From positions 160,001-224,000 of the forward strand of contig JBILLK010000014.1 of NCBI GenBank assembly GCA_044376115.1: a stretch of DNA of 64,000 nucleotides, written 5' to 3'. Made by a program: the position numbers and the translations under genes. This stretch comes from Polyangiaceae bacterium. GTDB taxonomy: Bacteria; Myxococcota_A; Polyangia; Polyangiales; Polyangiaceae. Under the pieces are notes generated by a model. It did not search any database and was not told the origin of the DNA. It saw nothing but the letters and a program-made list of their open reading frames with translations. This document shows positions 36,877 to 45,761 of this stretch, piece after piece (position 1 is the stretch's first letter; each line of letters starts with the position of its first letter).

Positions 36877-38256
36877 TTATTGAACGGGCTCGAGCGCCGC
36901 CAAGAACTTCTCGGCATCGACGAACTCCGTGAAGCGCTTCACTTCCTTACCCTGCGAATCAAGGATCACCACCGTCGGTAGGCCCTTCACGTTGTACTTC
37001 TTGGTGAGCGCAACCACCTTCGGGTCTTCTTCGTTGGTTGCATCCACCTTCACGCCCACGAAGCGGCCAGCCGTAGCCTTGACCTTGGCGTCACTGAAGG
37101 TGTGCTTCTCGAGCTCTTTGCAGGCGCCGCACCAATCCGCGCCGAAGTCCACGATCATCGGGCGCTTCTCGCTCGTTGCAGCAGCAACGCCCTTCTCCTC
37201 ATCGTGACCAAACTCGAGCGCCGGCCACACCTTCTCCCCCTTGGCGGCCAGCTTGTCTTGCTCGGCCTGGATCGCCTCGGCGGTGGCTTGCTTCGGCTTC
37301 TCGATCGCCGCTAGGAACAAGAAGCTGCCGGTGACAGCCGCCAGAATGCCGACCCCTTTGCGGACGCGAGCGACTGCGCCCTCATCCCAGTTCTTGTGCA
37401 CGGCACCGAGAGCCAGACCGAACACCGCGATGCCGCCCGCGATCGCGAGGAAGGCGTTCTCGTGCTTGGCCGCATCCGCCAACACCGGAAACGCGTTCTT
37501 CAAGTAGTAGAACGCAAGCACCAGCATCACGATGCCGAAGAAGGACTTCACCCACACCATCCACTTGCCACCCTTCGGAAGGGCCGCAGCGAAGGTGCCG
37601 ACGAACCAGAACAACATGCCCAAGCCAATGGCGTAGGAAAGACCGAAGGTGATGCCGAGAGCCGCGCTCTGCTTCGATGCGACGGCCGCCATCATCGAGA
37701 TCAGGACCGGACCCGAGCAGGGAGCGGCGACGAGACCGCTGACAAGGCCGAGCGTGAAGGCGCCGCCGTACCCGACGCCGCCCATCCCCGAGAGCCGCTG
37801 CATCATGGAATCAGGCAGCGTTAGCTCGAAGGCGCCAAACATTGAGGCCGCCATGGCGATGAACACCACCGCGATGCCAACGATGACCCACTTGTTTTGC
37901 AGTACCGAACCGAACACGCCGCCGGTGAGCGAGACAATCACGAACATGGCGGTGAACAGCACCACCATGCCCATGACGAACGCCGTCGAGAGCAGCATCG
38001 CTTCAGCGCGCGACTTGGCTTGTTTGGCGCCGAAGACACTCACCGTGATGGCGATCATCGGGTAGACGCATGGCGTGAGGCTCGTCAGAAACCCGGCGAC
38101 GAAGGAGACGAGCGCGGCCTTCCCGACGCCAACCTCCAAGGCCGCGCTGAACTCGCTGTCTTGCGCGAACGCGGCGGTAGGAACGAGCAAAACGGTGAGC
38201 AGCATCAAAGCTGTCCAAAGCGGAATCGGAGAGCGGTGATTTCGTTGGCTTCCCAT
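36877..38256 (-). CDS. dsbD: DsbD/CcdA-type transmembrane disulfide reductase with a C-terminal thioredoxin domain; start uncertain
   Basis: LTPCVYPM and APCSGP membrane Cys, G.WM..VK..FG, DFGADWCGACK, V.GLPT; no N-terminal alpha domain seen. Confidence 0.88.
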   Translation of the reverse strand: MGSQRNHRSPIPLWTALMLLTVLLVPTAAFAQDSEFSAALEVGVGKAALVSFVAGFLTSLTPCVYPMIAITVSVFGAKQAKSRAEAMLLSTAFVMGMVVLFTAMFVIVSLTGGVFGSVLQNKWVIVGIAVVFIAMAASMFGAFELTLPDSMMQRLSGMGGVGYGGAFTLGLVSGLVAAPCSGPVLISMMAAVASKQSAALGITFGLSYAIGLGMLFWFVGTFAAALPKGGKWMVWVKSFFGIVMLVLAFYYLKNAFPVLADAAKHENAFLAIAGGIAVFGLALGAVHKNWDEGAVARVRKGVGILAAVTGSFLFLAAIEKPKQATAEAIQAEQDKLAAKGEKVWPALEFGHDEEKGVAAATSEKRPMIVDFGADWCGACKELEKHTFSDAKVKATAGRFVGVKVDATNEEDPKVVALTKKYNVKGLPTVVILDSQGKEVKRFTEFVDAEKFLAALEPVQ

Positions 38257-38389
38257 GGTGACCATCTTGGCAGGGGTTGGGTTCCGGCAGTTTACGTCGC
38301 CGTGCGAAGCGATGCAGCCGCTTTTGCTACGTTGCCCGAAGACGTTCGTTTCGAGCAGAAAACGACTGGGGCAATGGCCAGTAGACAAT

Positions 38390-39400
38390 TCAGTGTGCGT
38401 TTACACGCGACAATGTCGCGAGCAGCGTTTCGGCATGCCGACACTCGCCGTCGAGCGCAATCAGAGCCACAGCGGGACGCTCGGAGGTGCGTTGGAGGAA
38501 GGCCTCGAGATGTGCGCGGGCATCGACCGTACGGTTGTGGTGGAATGCCAGCAAGCCCAGCACAAACCGCCCGTAGCCTTGCCCTGCAGGAACCTCGGCG
38601 AGCTTGCGTAACATGCGGCCAAGGCCGGTAACCCGCTCGCCGTTTGCGCAGCGTGCTACCGCCAGGTGAGCTTCGTAGAGCGGTTTATCGCGAACGCCCC
38701 AACGAGCAGCCCTCGAAAGAGCGCCGACCGCATCGCGGTAGCGGCCCGACAAGTAGAAGAGACTGCCCAGCGTCCACCAATGGAAGGCGCGTCGGCTTGC
38801 GGGGCCCACCCGCGCGGCGGTACGCAGATGCCTGGCCGCGCGGTCGACATCACCGAGGGCGAAGGCCGCACGAGCCGCGTCTTGATGCAGGACGTCAGCG
38901 AGGATGCCCAGCGGAAGAGACTGCTCAACCACCTGAACGGCCTCTCGAAACTGACGTTGCTCGAAATGAGCCAGATACAGCTGGCGCAGCAACATCGCAT
39001 GGGTGGTTTTGTCGATTCTCGAACGGGCAGCGAGCCCCCGCCTGGCCCAGATTCCTCGAGCGCGCGCGGTTGCCGCCACCATGGCGCGCGACAGACACTC
39101 CTCCGGCGAAGAAGCGCTCGAGCGCCGCTCCAACGCCTCGGGGGGAGCTTGCCTCACCGACGGCCTAGCCCCTCGCTTGGGCGGTGGCCGGGAGGCGCGG
39201 TGCGACTCCGGGCGCGGCGTCTTGAGCCGAACAACCTTGGGAGGAGCCGGCGTCACGGCACCTGGGGACTTGGCGCGCGTCACAGGCCTTAATCTAGCAG
39301 GGCCTATACGTGCGTCCAGAATCTTACATCGAAACCTTGCAGCACGGCTGAACACGGGCTTGCACGGGGCTCGAGCTTGAGCGACGGTTGCGCAAGACAT
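38390..39400 (-). CDS. TPR-like protein (true start probably well downstream of 39400)
   Basis: Helical Ala/Leu/Arg repeats in the C-terminal 210 aa (LRQLYLAH, WWTLGSLFY, GYGRFVLG). Confidence 0.65.
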   Translation of the reverse strand: MSCATVAQARAPCKPVFSRAARFRCKILDARIGPARLRPVTRAKSPGAVTPAPPKVVRLKTPRPESHRASRPPPKRGARPSVRQAPPEALERRSSASSPEECLSRAMVAATARARGIWARRGLAARSRIDKTTHAMLLRQLYLAHFEQRQFREAVQVVEQSLPLGILADVLHQDAARAAFALGDVDRAARHLRTAARVGPASRRAFHWWTLGSLFYLSGRYRDAVGALSRAARWGVRDKPLYEAHLAVARCANGERVTGLGRMLRKLAEVPAGQGYGRFVLGLLAFHHNRTVDARAHLEAFLQRTSERPAVALIALDGECRHAETLLATLSRVNAH

Positions 39401-39686
39401 GGCTTTGGCGAAGCTCGGCGTAGCGCTCGGTGTGTTGCTCTCGGTAGGTTGCAGTCACCCAGCGACCGAAGCCGAGTGCGAGATCATATTTCGCAAGACG
39501 GCCGAGCTGACCCTGCGGGAACGAACGCAGGACAGCGCCGTAATCGAGGAGCGAATCGAGGCCTACCGTCGCACGCACGGCGACAAGGAGATCGCCAAAT
39601 GCTTGGGCAAGGCCTTGTCGAAGAATGCTCTGGCGTGCATCGAGAAGGCAGACTCCGAGTCGAAAGTGAATGACTGCTTACGCTGA
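39399..39686 (+). CDS. Small Cys-rich lipoprotein
   Basis: LLSVGC; C..C..C..C helical pattern. Confidence 0.75.
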   Translation: MALAKLGVALGVLLSVGCSHPATEAECEIIFRKTAELTLRERTQDSAVIEERIEAYRRTHGDKEIAKCLGKALSKNALACIEKADSESKVNDCLR

Positions 39687-39954
39687 AGACGAACGAGCGG
39701 GTCTGCAGATCGTCGCTGTCGTCTCCGTGAGCCTGCTGCTTCCCACGCTGAACTCCTGCGAATGGACGACCTCTGACGGCGCTGCCCTATGCCAAAAGAC
39801 GCTGGCGCATCGCCAAGCCTTGTCGAACGAGCGCGATCCGGCCCCCATTGGCCTCTTAGAGTTGCGCGGCTGCGCGAAAAGCCTAACCAATGCCCAAGCA
39901 GACTGCGCGCAAAACGCCAACACGCTCGACGACTACGAGCGCTGCTTCTTCTAA
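39670..39954 (+). CDS. Small Cys-rich lipoprotein (probable paralog of the previous gene)
   Basis: TLNSC lipobox-like; similar Cys spacing (KSL/KAL..C...A....C). Confidence 0.55.
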   Translation: MTAYAEDERAGLQIVAVVSVSLLLPTLNSCEWTTSDGAALCQKTLAHRQALSNERDPAPIGLLELRGCAKSLTNAQADCAQNANTLDDYERCFF

Positions 39955-40062
39955 ACGCGGGCTTGAGTGCGCATTCCGTTCGCTTGCTGCACCTTCGGTT
40001 GAAGAGAGGGGTTTCGTTCTAAGGTCTTGTGTTAACGTGGAGTCATTGGAGCCGGGCTAGCG

Positions 40063-41256
40063 ATGAAGCACATCTCTCCGCAGCTCGGATTCAACAACAA
40101 CGTCCGACACAAGGGACATGTCTTCCACATTCAGACGGAAGACTCAGGGGTCAAGCACCCGCACGTCATCACGCATCTGTTCGCGGATGGTGGTCGGATC
40201 CTGAAGTCGACGAAGACCTCGTATGCCGAGTTCCTCGGCGAAGACGACCTCGCGAAGAAGGTTCGCGGGCTGATGCAGGAGCAGCACAAGGCGATGTTCA
40301 TCGCCCTCCGCGCCGGCAAGTTCGACCATATGCTTCCGGACGCGGAAGCATCGCCCGAGCAGGTGGTAGCGAAGTCTGCGGAGGGCGCGCAAGCTCCTGC
40401 TCCGGTTGAGGCAGTTGCTCCGATTGAGCCAGTCGCTCCGGCTGAGGCAGTTGCTCCGATTGAGCCAGTCGCTCCGGTTGAAGCGGTGGTTGCCGCGCCC
40501 AGTGTTGAAAGTGTCGAAGAGGTCGAGCCGCCCAAAGCGGCTGTCCCCGAGCCTCCGCCCTCCGACGCGGGAAGAAGCCGGCCGCTACTTTCGGCCTTGG
40601 CCTCGCAACCTCCCTCATCGCGATCTCGCCTTACCCCTCCCCCACCGAAGAAGGGCGAGCCACTGTCCCACCTCGCCGCCCCTACGAAGGGCGGCGTTGC
40701 TCGCGGGGTCGAGCCGTTTGCGCCAACCATGCCTGGCATCGAGGGGCTTAGGCCGGTGCGCGCGGAGGAGCCCCAGCGCGCCCCCGCCAGCGCGAAACCC
40801 GGGCGACACCCATCGTTCCGACCTGCCGCGGCGCAAAGGCCTCCGCTCTCCGAGAGCCTCGAGCTCGACCTCGAGGCGCTCGAACGTGCCGCCGAACAAA
40901 CAAACTCACCGGTCTATCAGCAGCTGCGCGATCTTCCGCCTCCGCCTGCGACGCTGTTGCGCCCCAGCGCGTCGCGCAACACCAGCTACCGCTCGGTGAC
41001 GCCCCAGGCACCACAGATGATCAAGGAGCCCGCTCGACACGCCCCGAGCAAAGATGCGCCTCCCTCGCCTGAACCGGCCAGCCGCAGCGACAAGGACCAC
41101 CGCTACTCGCATTCACGGCCAGCCAGCATCTTCGGGCCTACCCGCCCACTTGAGGGCAGCAGCATTTTTGGCGAGGACCTGATCAGCGAAAAGAGCTTGG
41201 ACGAAGTGATCCTGGGCTACCTCGCCGAAGATCTCGAGCCGAGCGCCAAGAAGTAG
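40063..41256 (+). CDS. RomY-like myxobacterial polarity protein
   Basis: Conserved N-domain GFNNNVRHKG.VFHIQTEDSG..PH.ITHLF..G.IL.S.KTSY..LM.EQHK.M, disordered linker, C-terminal FGEDLISEKSLDEVIL.YL; RomY identity is from recall. Confidence 0.6.
   Translation: MKHISPQLGFNNNVRHKGHVFHIQTEDSGVKHPHVITHLFADGGRILKSTKTSYAEFLGEDDLAKKVRGLMQEQHKAMFIALRAGKFDHMLPDAEASPEQVVAKSAEGAQAPAPVEAVAPIEPVAPAEAVAPIEPVAPVEAVVAAPSVESVEEVEPPKAAVPEPPPSDAGRSRPLLSALASQPPSSRSRLTPPPPKKGEPLSHLAAPTKGGVARGVEPFAPTMPGIEGLRPVRAEEPQRAPASAKPGRHPSFRPAAAQRPPLSESLELDLEALERAAEQTNSPVYQQLRDLPPPPATLLRPSASRNTSYRSVTPQAPQMIKEPARHAPSKDAPPSPEPASRSDKDHRYSHSRPASIFGPTRPLEGSSIFGEDLISEKSLDEVILGYLAEDLEPSAKK
40399..40486 (+). repeat. In-frame 36-bp tandem repeat (about 2.4 copies; APVEAVAPIEPV)
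   Basis: GCTCCGG(T/C)TGAGGCAGTTGCTCCGATTGAGCCAGTC at 40399 and 40435, partial at 40471. Confidence 0.9.
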
Positions 41257-41381
41257 CGTTGCGCCTTCGATACGTCGCGGCGCCGCGCCCGACGACATCA
41301 ACCGAGGCGCCCGACAATGTCAACGAGGTCGAGCCGCGGGTGCGGGCCGCATGGCTGACGTTGACCCTACGTCAGCGGCAC

Positions 41382-41415
41382 AAAACAACACCGCCTCTTT
41401 GCAGAGGCAGTGTTT
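41382..41415 (-). terminator. Terminator after tRNA-Ala
   Basis: Minus strand AACACTGCCTCT-GCAA-AGAGGCGGTGTT-GTTTT. Confidence 0.75.
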
Positions 41416-41419
41416 CCGG

Positions 41420-41492
41420 TGGAGCTGAAGGGAATCGAACCCATGACCTCCTGCATGCCATGCAGGCGCTCTCCCAACTGAGCTACAGCCCC
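41420..41492 (-). tRNA. tRNA-Ala (GGC), CCA not fully encoded
   Basis: GGGGCTGTAGCTCAGTTGGGAGAGCGCCTGCATGGCATGCAGGAGGTCATGGGTTCGATTCCCTTCAGCTCCA; G3-U70 identity pair. Confidence 0.97.
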
Positions 41493-41596
41493 GGACAGGT
41501 CGGGCTTCTATAGCCAAACCATTCGTGCCTGTCCCAGAAAATCGTTCACGGCGTCAGAAGGTCGAACGATTTTCGGTCCGATCCCGCAAGCAAGGT

Positions 41597-42766
41597 CTAC
41601 ATCCCCAAGATCTTGGCGAGGTAGTAGCGCATGGTTTCCGTGGTTCCACCGCCAATCCGCAACAAGCGTTGGTCACGCCAAGCCCGCGCGATGCGGTAGT
41701 CCTCGATGTAGCCCCAACCACCGTGGAACTGCAGACAGGTGTCAGCGACCTCACTCGCAAGATCACCGACCAGGATCTTGCACATGCTGATGTGCTTCAC
41801 CGTGTCCATGCTGAGCGGGATCTTCCGCACGTAGCGTTCGTCATTGTAGCGATCCACGGTCAGGTAGACGTAGGCCCGCGCCGACTCGAGGCGCGTCAGC
41901 AGATCCACGAACTTGTGCTGCCAAACCTCACGCTTGATGATCGGCTTGCCGAACGCGGTGCGCTCGCGGCCGTAGGCCATCGCCTCCTCGACCATGAGAA
42001 AGCTGCCGGAAACGGCGCTCACGGCAGCGATCAAACGCTCCGTCTGGAAGTTCTGCATCAAGTACATGAAGCCCATGTTCTCTTCGCCCAAGCGGTAACG
42101 AGCAGGGATGCGCATGTCCTCGAAGAAGAGCTCGGCGGTGTCGCTCGACTTGTTCCCAATCTTCTTCAACGCCTTCGACACCACGAAGCCCTTGGTGTTG
42201 GTGGGCACGAGGAAAAACGTGCAGCCGTGTGCTCCGGCATCTGGGTTGGTCTTCGCCAGCAAGGTCACGAAGTCTGCGCGTGTACCGTTGGTGATGAAGG
42301 TCTTCTGCCCGCGAATGACGTAGTCATCCCCGTCACGCTTGGCGACCGTCTTGATACCGGCGACGTCACTGCCTGCAGCCGGCTCCGAAACCCCGAGCGA
42401 GACAATCTTGTCGCCAGCCAACGCGGGCTTGAGGAACTCTTCAATTTGCTCCGGTGTTCCGATGTCGCTGATCACCGGCGTCGCCATGTCACTCTGGACC
42501 AGCAAGCCCATCCCAACGCCCGCGGCGCGGGACCGCGGCAGTTCCTCGGCCTTTGCAACCGAGAACCAGTAATCCTGGCCGCCACCGCCGTGCTCCTCCG
42601 GGAAGTGCGCCCCCAGAATCCCTAGTTCCCCTGCGCGCTTGAAGACCGAGTTGGGGAAGCAGCCGCTTTCCTCCCATTCGTCAACGTGCGGAGCGAGCTC
42701 CTTCTCGGCGAAGGCTCGGACGGTTTTTCTAAACTGGTCGTTTTCTTCGGTGAAGGGCTGGAACAT
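41597..42766 (-). CDS. Acyl-CoA dehydrogenase (AtuD/LCAD-like)
   Basis: VQSDMATP, GVSEP.AGSDV, G.KTFITNG, F..ERL, LQFHGGWGY, IGGGT.E. Confidence 0.93.
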   Translation of the reverse strand: MFQPFTEENDQFRKTVRAFAEKELAPHVDEWEESGCFPNSVFKRAGELGILGAHFPEEHGGGGQDYWFSVAKAEELPRSRAAGVGMGLLVQSDMATPVISDIGTPEQIEEFLKPALAGDKIVSLGVSEPAAGSDVAGIKTVAKRDGDDYVIRGQKTFITNGTRADFVTLLAKTNPDAGAHGCTFFLVPTNTKGFVVSKALKKIGNKSSDTAELFFEDMRIPARYRLGEENMGFMYLMQNFQTERLIAAVSAVSGSFLMVEEAMAYGRERTAFGKPIIKREVWQHKFVDLLTRLESARAYVYLTVDRYNDERYVRKIPLSMDTVKHISMCKILVGDLASEVADTCLQFHGGWGYIEDYRIARAWRDQRLLRIGGGTTETMRYYLAKILGM

Positions 42767-42787
42767 AATTCTTTCGTACACTAAATT

Positions 42788-42826
42788 TGTCTTTGCTCAA
42801 TTGATTTCTTTGAGCATCACAAGACA
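42788..42826. promoter_or_regulatory. AT-rich inverted repeat (candidate operator)
   Basis: TGCTCAA-N9-TTGAGCA flanked by TGTCTT..AAGACA, 20-60 bp upstream of the acyl-CoA dehydrogenase start. Confidence 0.5.
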
Positions 42827-42887
42827 GTGCGTCGGGCGACTCGCTGAATGACTCGGGGTGTCTGCGGAACTAGCCTCGGCGGCGCGC

Positions 42888-43823
42888 ATGCACATCCTCT
42901 TATTGTCTCGGAACCCTTCTCTCTATTCGACGAGTCGAGTCGTGCTTTCGGCGCGCGCACGCGGGCACGAAGTGAGCGTGATCGATCCACTCGACTTTCA
43001 GATCGTCGTGCTGCGCGGTAGGCCAACGCTCTTCGTTGGTGGTGCCCGCGTGCCGCGTTTTGACGTGGTGGTTCCTCGCATTGGAGCGAGCATCACCAAC
43101 TACGGACTGGCGGTCGTTAGGCAGTTCGATCTGATGGGCGTGCCGGTGCTCAACAACGCTGCATCGATCGCTCGCAGCCGCGACAAACTCAGGGCCTTGC
43201 AGCTACTTTCACGCGCCGGCCTGGACATCCCGACGACCGTTTGTGCGCGCACGCCAGCAGGCCTCGCGGCCGCCCTCGAGCTGGTCGGTGGTTCGCCTGC
43301 GATCGTCAAGCTGCAACAAGGCACGCAAGGCATCGGCACGATGATCGCCGACACCGAACAAGCGGTGCACGCGCTGCTCGAGACCTTCTGGGCGATGGGA
43401 CAAGACATCGTGCTGCAGGAGTACGTGCGTGAAAGCAAAGGGCGCGACGTCCGCATCATCGTGGTCGGAGGCAAGGTGGTGGCGTCGATGCGGCGACAGG
43501 CCAAGAAGGGCGAGTTCCGAGCGAATCTCCACCGCGGTGGGCGCGGGACCAACGTGACGTTGCCCGCCGCGTACAAGCGCATCGCGGTCAAGGCAGCGGA
43601 GGTCATGGGCCTCGAAGTCTCCGGGGTCGATCTACTCGAGGGCAAGGCTGGTCCGCGCATTCTCGAGATCAACAGTTCACCCGGGATCGAAGGCATCGAG
43701 CGAGCCACCGGCGTGGACGTAGCTGGGGCGATCGTGGCGCACATCGAGAAGTTCGCTCGCAAGAACAAGCGGCGCCGGATGGGCAAAGCCACCGTCGCAC
43801 AAATCATCGAGGCAGACGGGTGA
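42888..43823 (+). CDS. rimK: RimK-family alpha-L-glutamate ligase
   Basis: ILLLSRN..LYST.R, PRIGASIT.YG.AVVRQF, RSRDKLR.LQLL, GTQG.G, QEYV.E..G.D.R, FRANLHRGG, E.NSSPG.EGIE. Confidence 0.93.
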   Translation: MHILLLSRNPSLYSTSRVVLSARARGHEVSVIDPLDFQIVVLRGRPTLFVGGARVPRFDVVVPRIGASITNYGLAVVRQFDLMGVPVLNNAASIARSRDKLRALQLLSRAGLDIPTTVCARTPAGLAAALELVGGSPAIVKLQQGTQGIGTMIADTEQAVHALLETFWAMGQDIVLQEYVRESKGRDVRIIVVGGKVVASMRRQAKKGEFRANLHRGGRGTNVTLPAAYKRIAVKAAEVMGLEVSGVDLLEGKAGPRILEINSSPGIEGIERATGVDVAGAIVAHIEKFARKNKRRRMGKATVAQIIEADG

Positions 43824-44596
43824 GCATCGCCGTCGAACAACGCGGCTGCGTGCGGATCTTCTCGTTCGACCGGCCGGAGAAGCGCAACGCCCTCGGGCTC
43901 GCTACCATCGAGAGCTTGCTGTCGAGCCTGCGGGAGGCCGAGGCTGACCCGGAGGTGCGCGGCATCGTGCTGAGCCATCGACGCGCAGAGGGGCAGTTGA
44001 ACGTGTTCGTCTCGGGCGGCGATCTCGACGAGCTCGCTGGCCTGCTCGACCGTGATGACGGTGCCGACGCGGTGATCTCGATGGGCGAACACCTGCGAGC
44101 GCTGGAAACGAGCCCGCTGCCTATCGTAGCCGCGCTCTCGGGCGAGGCCTTCGGTGGGGGCTGCGAATTGCTCCTCCTGTGTGATGCGGTCTTCGCGGAG
44201 GCCTCCGCTGGCCTTACCTTTCGCCACGCGGCGATGGGGCTCTCGCCAGCGTGGGGAGGTGCAGAGCGCCTGCTCCACCGCGTCGGCCCCCTAGCGGCTC
44301 GCGAGCTTCTGTTCACGGCCGTACGCGTCGATGCCCAGCGGGCCCTCACGCTCGGTCTGGTCAACGCGGTGGTCGAGGACGCGGAGCTCGCGGCGATCGA
44401 CTACATCGAACGAGTTGCCAAACATGAGCGCGGCGTCATCGCTGAGCAGAAGGAGCTGCTGCGACAGCTCGCGCGCCTTGCAGAAGGAGCAGCGGGCGAG
44501 GTTGAACGAGCCACCCTTCACAAACTCTTTGGGCATGGAGAGAACCGGCGCGTGCTCAATCACCATCTCCAGCGACGCGCGCAAAAGCGAGGCTGA
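43820..44596 (+). CDS. Enoyl-CoA hydratase/isomerase family protein
   Basis: RPEKRNAL, F.SGGDL, A.GGGCEL, GL.P.WGG..RL. Confidence 0.88.
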   Translation: MSIAVEQRGCVRIFSFDRPEKRNALGLATIESLLSSLREAEADPEVRGIVLSHRRAEGQLNVFVSGGDLDELAGLLDRDDGADAVISMGEHLRALETSPLPIVAALSGEAFGGGCELLLLCDAVFAEASAGLTFRHAAMGLSPAWGGAERLLHRVGPLAARELLFTAVRVDAQRALTLGLVNAVVEDAELAAIDYIERVAKHERGVIAEQKELLRQLARLAEGAAGEVERATLHKLFGHGENRRVLNHHLQRRAQKRG

Positions 44597-45346
44597 GTGC
44601 TAGCCGGACGTACCATTGCAGTCGTCATTCCGGCTCGGAATGAAGAAGAACGCGTGGCTGAGGTCGTCACCACCTTGCCTGCTTTTGTGGACGTGGCGGT
44701 GGTGATCGATGACGCCAGTACGGACAACACCGCGCGCGCAGCTCGAGAGGCTGGCGCCGTCGTGCTCCAGCACGAAACCCGGCGCGGAGTGGGAGCTGCC
44801 ATCAGCACCGGCTACGAACACGCACGCAGCCGCGGGTTCGACATCGCGGTGGTGATGGCTGGCGACGGCCAGATGGACCCGCTCGATCTAGCGGCGCTGC
44901 TTCAGCCGATCCTCGATGGCGAAGCGGACTACGTGAAGGGCAATCGCTTCCGCCACCCAGCCGTCGATAGCACCATGCCGCGGGCTCGCTTTCACGTTGG
45001 TCGAGCCTTGTCGCTGATGACGAGGGTCGCGACGGGTGCCGCTGTGTCCGATACCCAATGTGGTTACACGGCCATCACGCGCGAAGCGCTCGTCGCGATC
45101 GAGGCGTGTCCGATGTGGGTCGGTTACGGCTACCCCAACGATCTGATCGGCATCCTCGCTCGCCACGGCCAGCGGGTACGCGAGGTCGTGGTGCGGCCTG
45201 TCTACCGCGGGGAAAAGAGCGGGCTTCGCCCATGGCACGTCGCGATCATCGTCGGCATCATCACCCGCAGCGGCGTGCTGCGCCTCGAGCAGCAACTCGG
45301 GCTTCGATCACGCCGTCAGCCGCTCGAACGAGACTTGAGCTCCTGA
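44597..45346 (+). CDS. GT2 glycosyltransferase (DPM1-like)
   Basis: VVIPA.NEE, DDASTD.T, GDGQMDP, DY.KGNRF, DTQCGY. Confidence 0.9.
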   Translation: MLAGRTIAVVIPARNEEERVAEVVTTLPAFVDVAVVIDDASTDNTARAAREAGAVVLQHETRRGVGAAISTGYEHARSRGFDIAVVMAGDGQMDPLDLAALLQPILDGEADYVKGNRFRHPAVDSTMPRARFHVGRALSLMTRVATGAAVSDTQCGYTAITREALVAIEACPMWVGYGYPNDLIGILARHGQRVREVVVRPVYRGEKSGLRPWHVAIIVGIITRSGVLRLEQQLGLRSRRQPLERDLSS

Positions 45347-45747
45347 TAGGAGGCGCCCAGCGTCGCCTCTTCACTGGGCAGGCCTGCTGCAGTCCAGCCG
45401 GGCTCAGTCACCCGGCCAAAGTTGTCGCGCAGACCGTCCCACCCGGCCCGCTGGTCGACGATGTCGGTGAAGCCCTCCGACAGCAGCAATTTGGCCGCTT
45501 TGAGCGAGCGCCCACCGGCTTTGCAGCCAAGCACGAGCCGATGATCAGCGGCGTAGAGGCTCTTCACCACGCGCAGAAAATCGTCGTTCGGTACCAAGCC
45601 CGTTGGGCCTGACACCATGAACGGCACGTTGTGTGCGCCCGCTGGATGACCTGCATTCCACTCGGCCTCGGTGCGAACGTCGAGATACTGAAAGCCTTCA
45701 GCGTTGATAAGTTCGAACGCTTCGCTCGGTGAGACTCGCTTCAACAT
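45316..45747 (-). CDS. Single-domain rhodanese
   Basis: YLDVRT..E...GHP.GA.N.P, active-site CKAGGRS, W..AGLP. Confidence 0.9.
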   Translation of the reverse strand: MLKRVSPSEAFELINAEGFQYLDVRTEAEWNAGHPAGAHNVPFMVSGPTGLVPNDDFLRVVKSLYAADHRLVLGCKAGGRSLKAAKLLLSEGFTDIVDQRAGWDGLRDNFGRVTEPGWTAAGLPSEEATLGASYQELKSRSSG

Positions 45748-45761
45748 CGGCGACTCCAGGA

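Noticed and set aside
41257..41492. tRNA-Ala as an integration site or island boundary
   Set aside because: No integrase and no duplicated tRNA 3' end seen; the flanks look like core genes.
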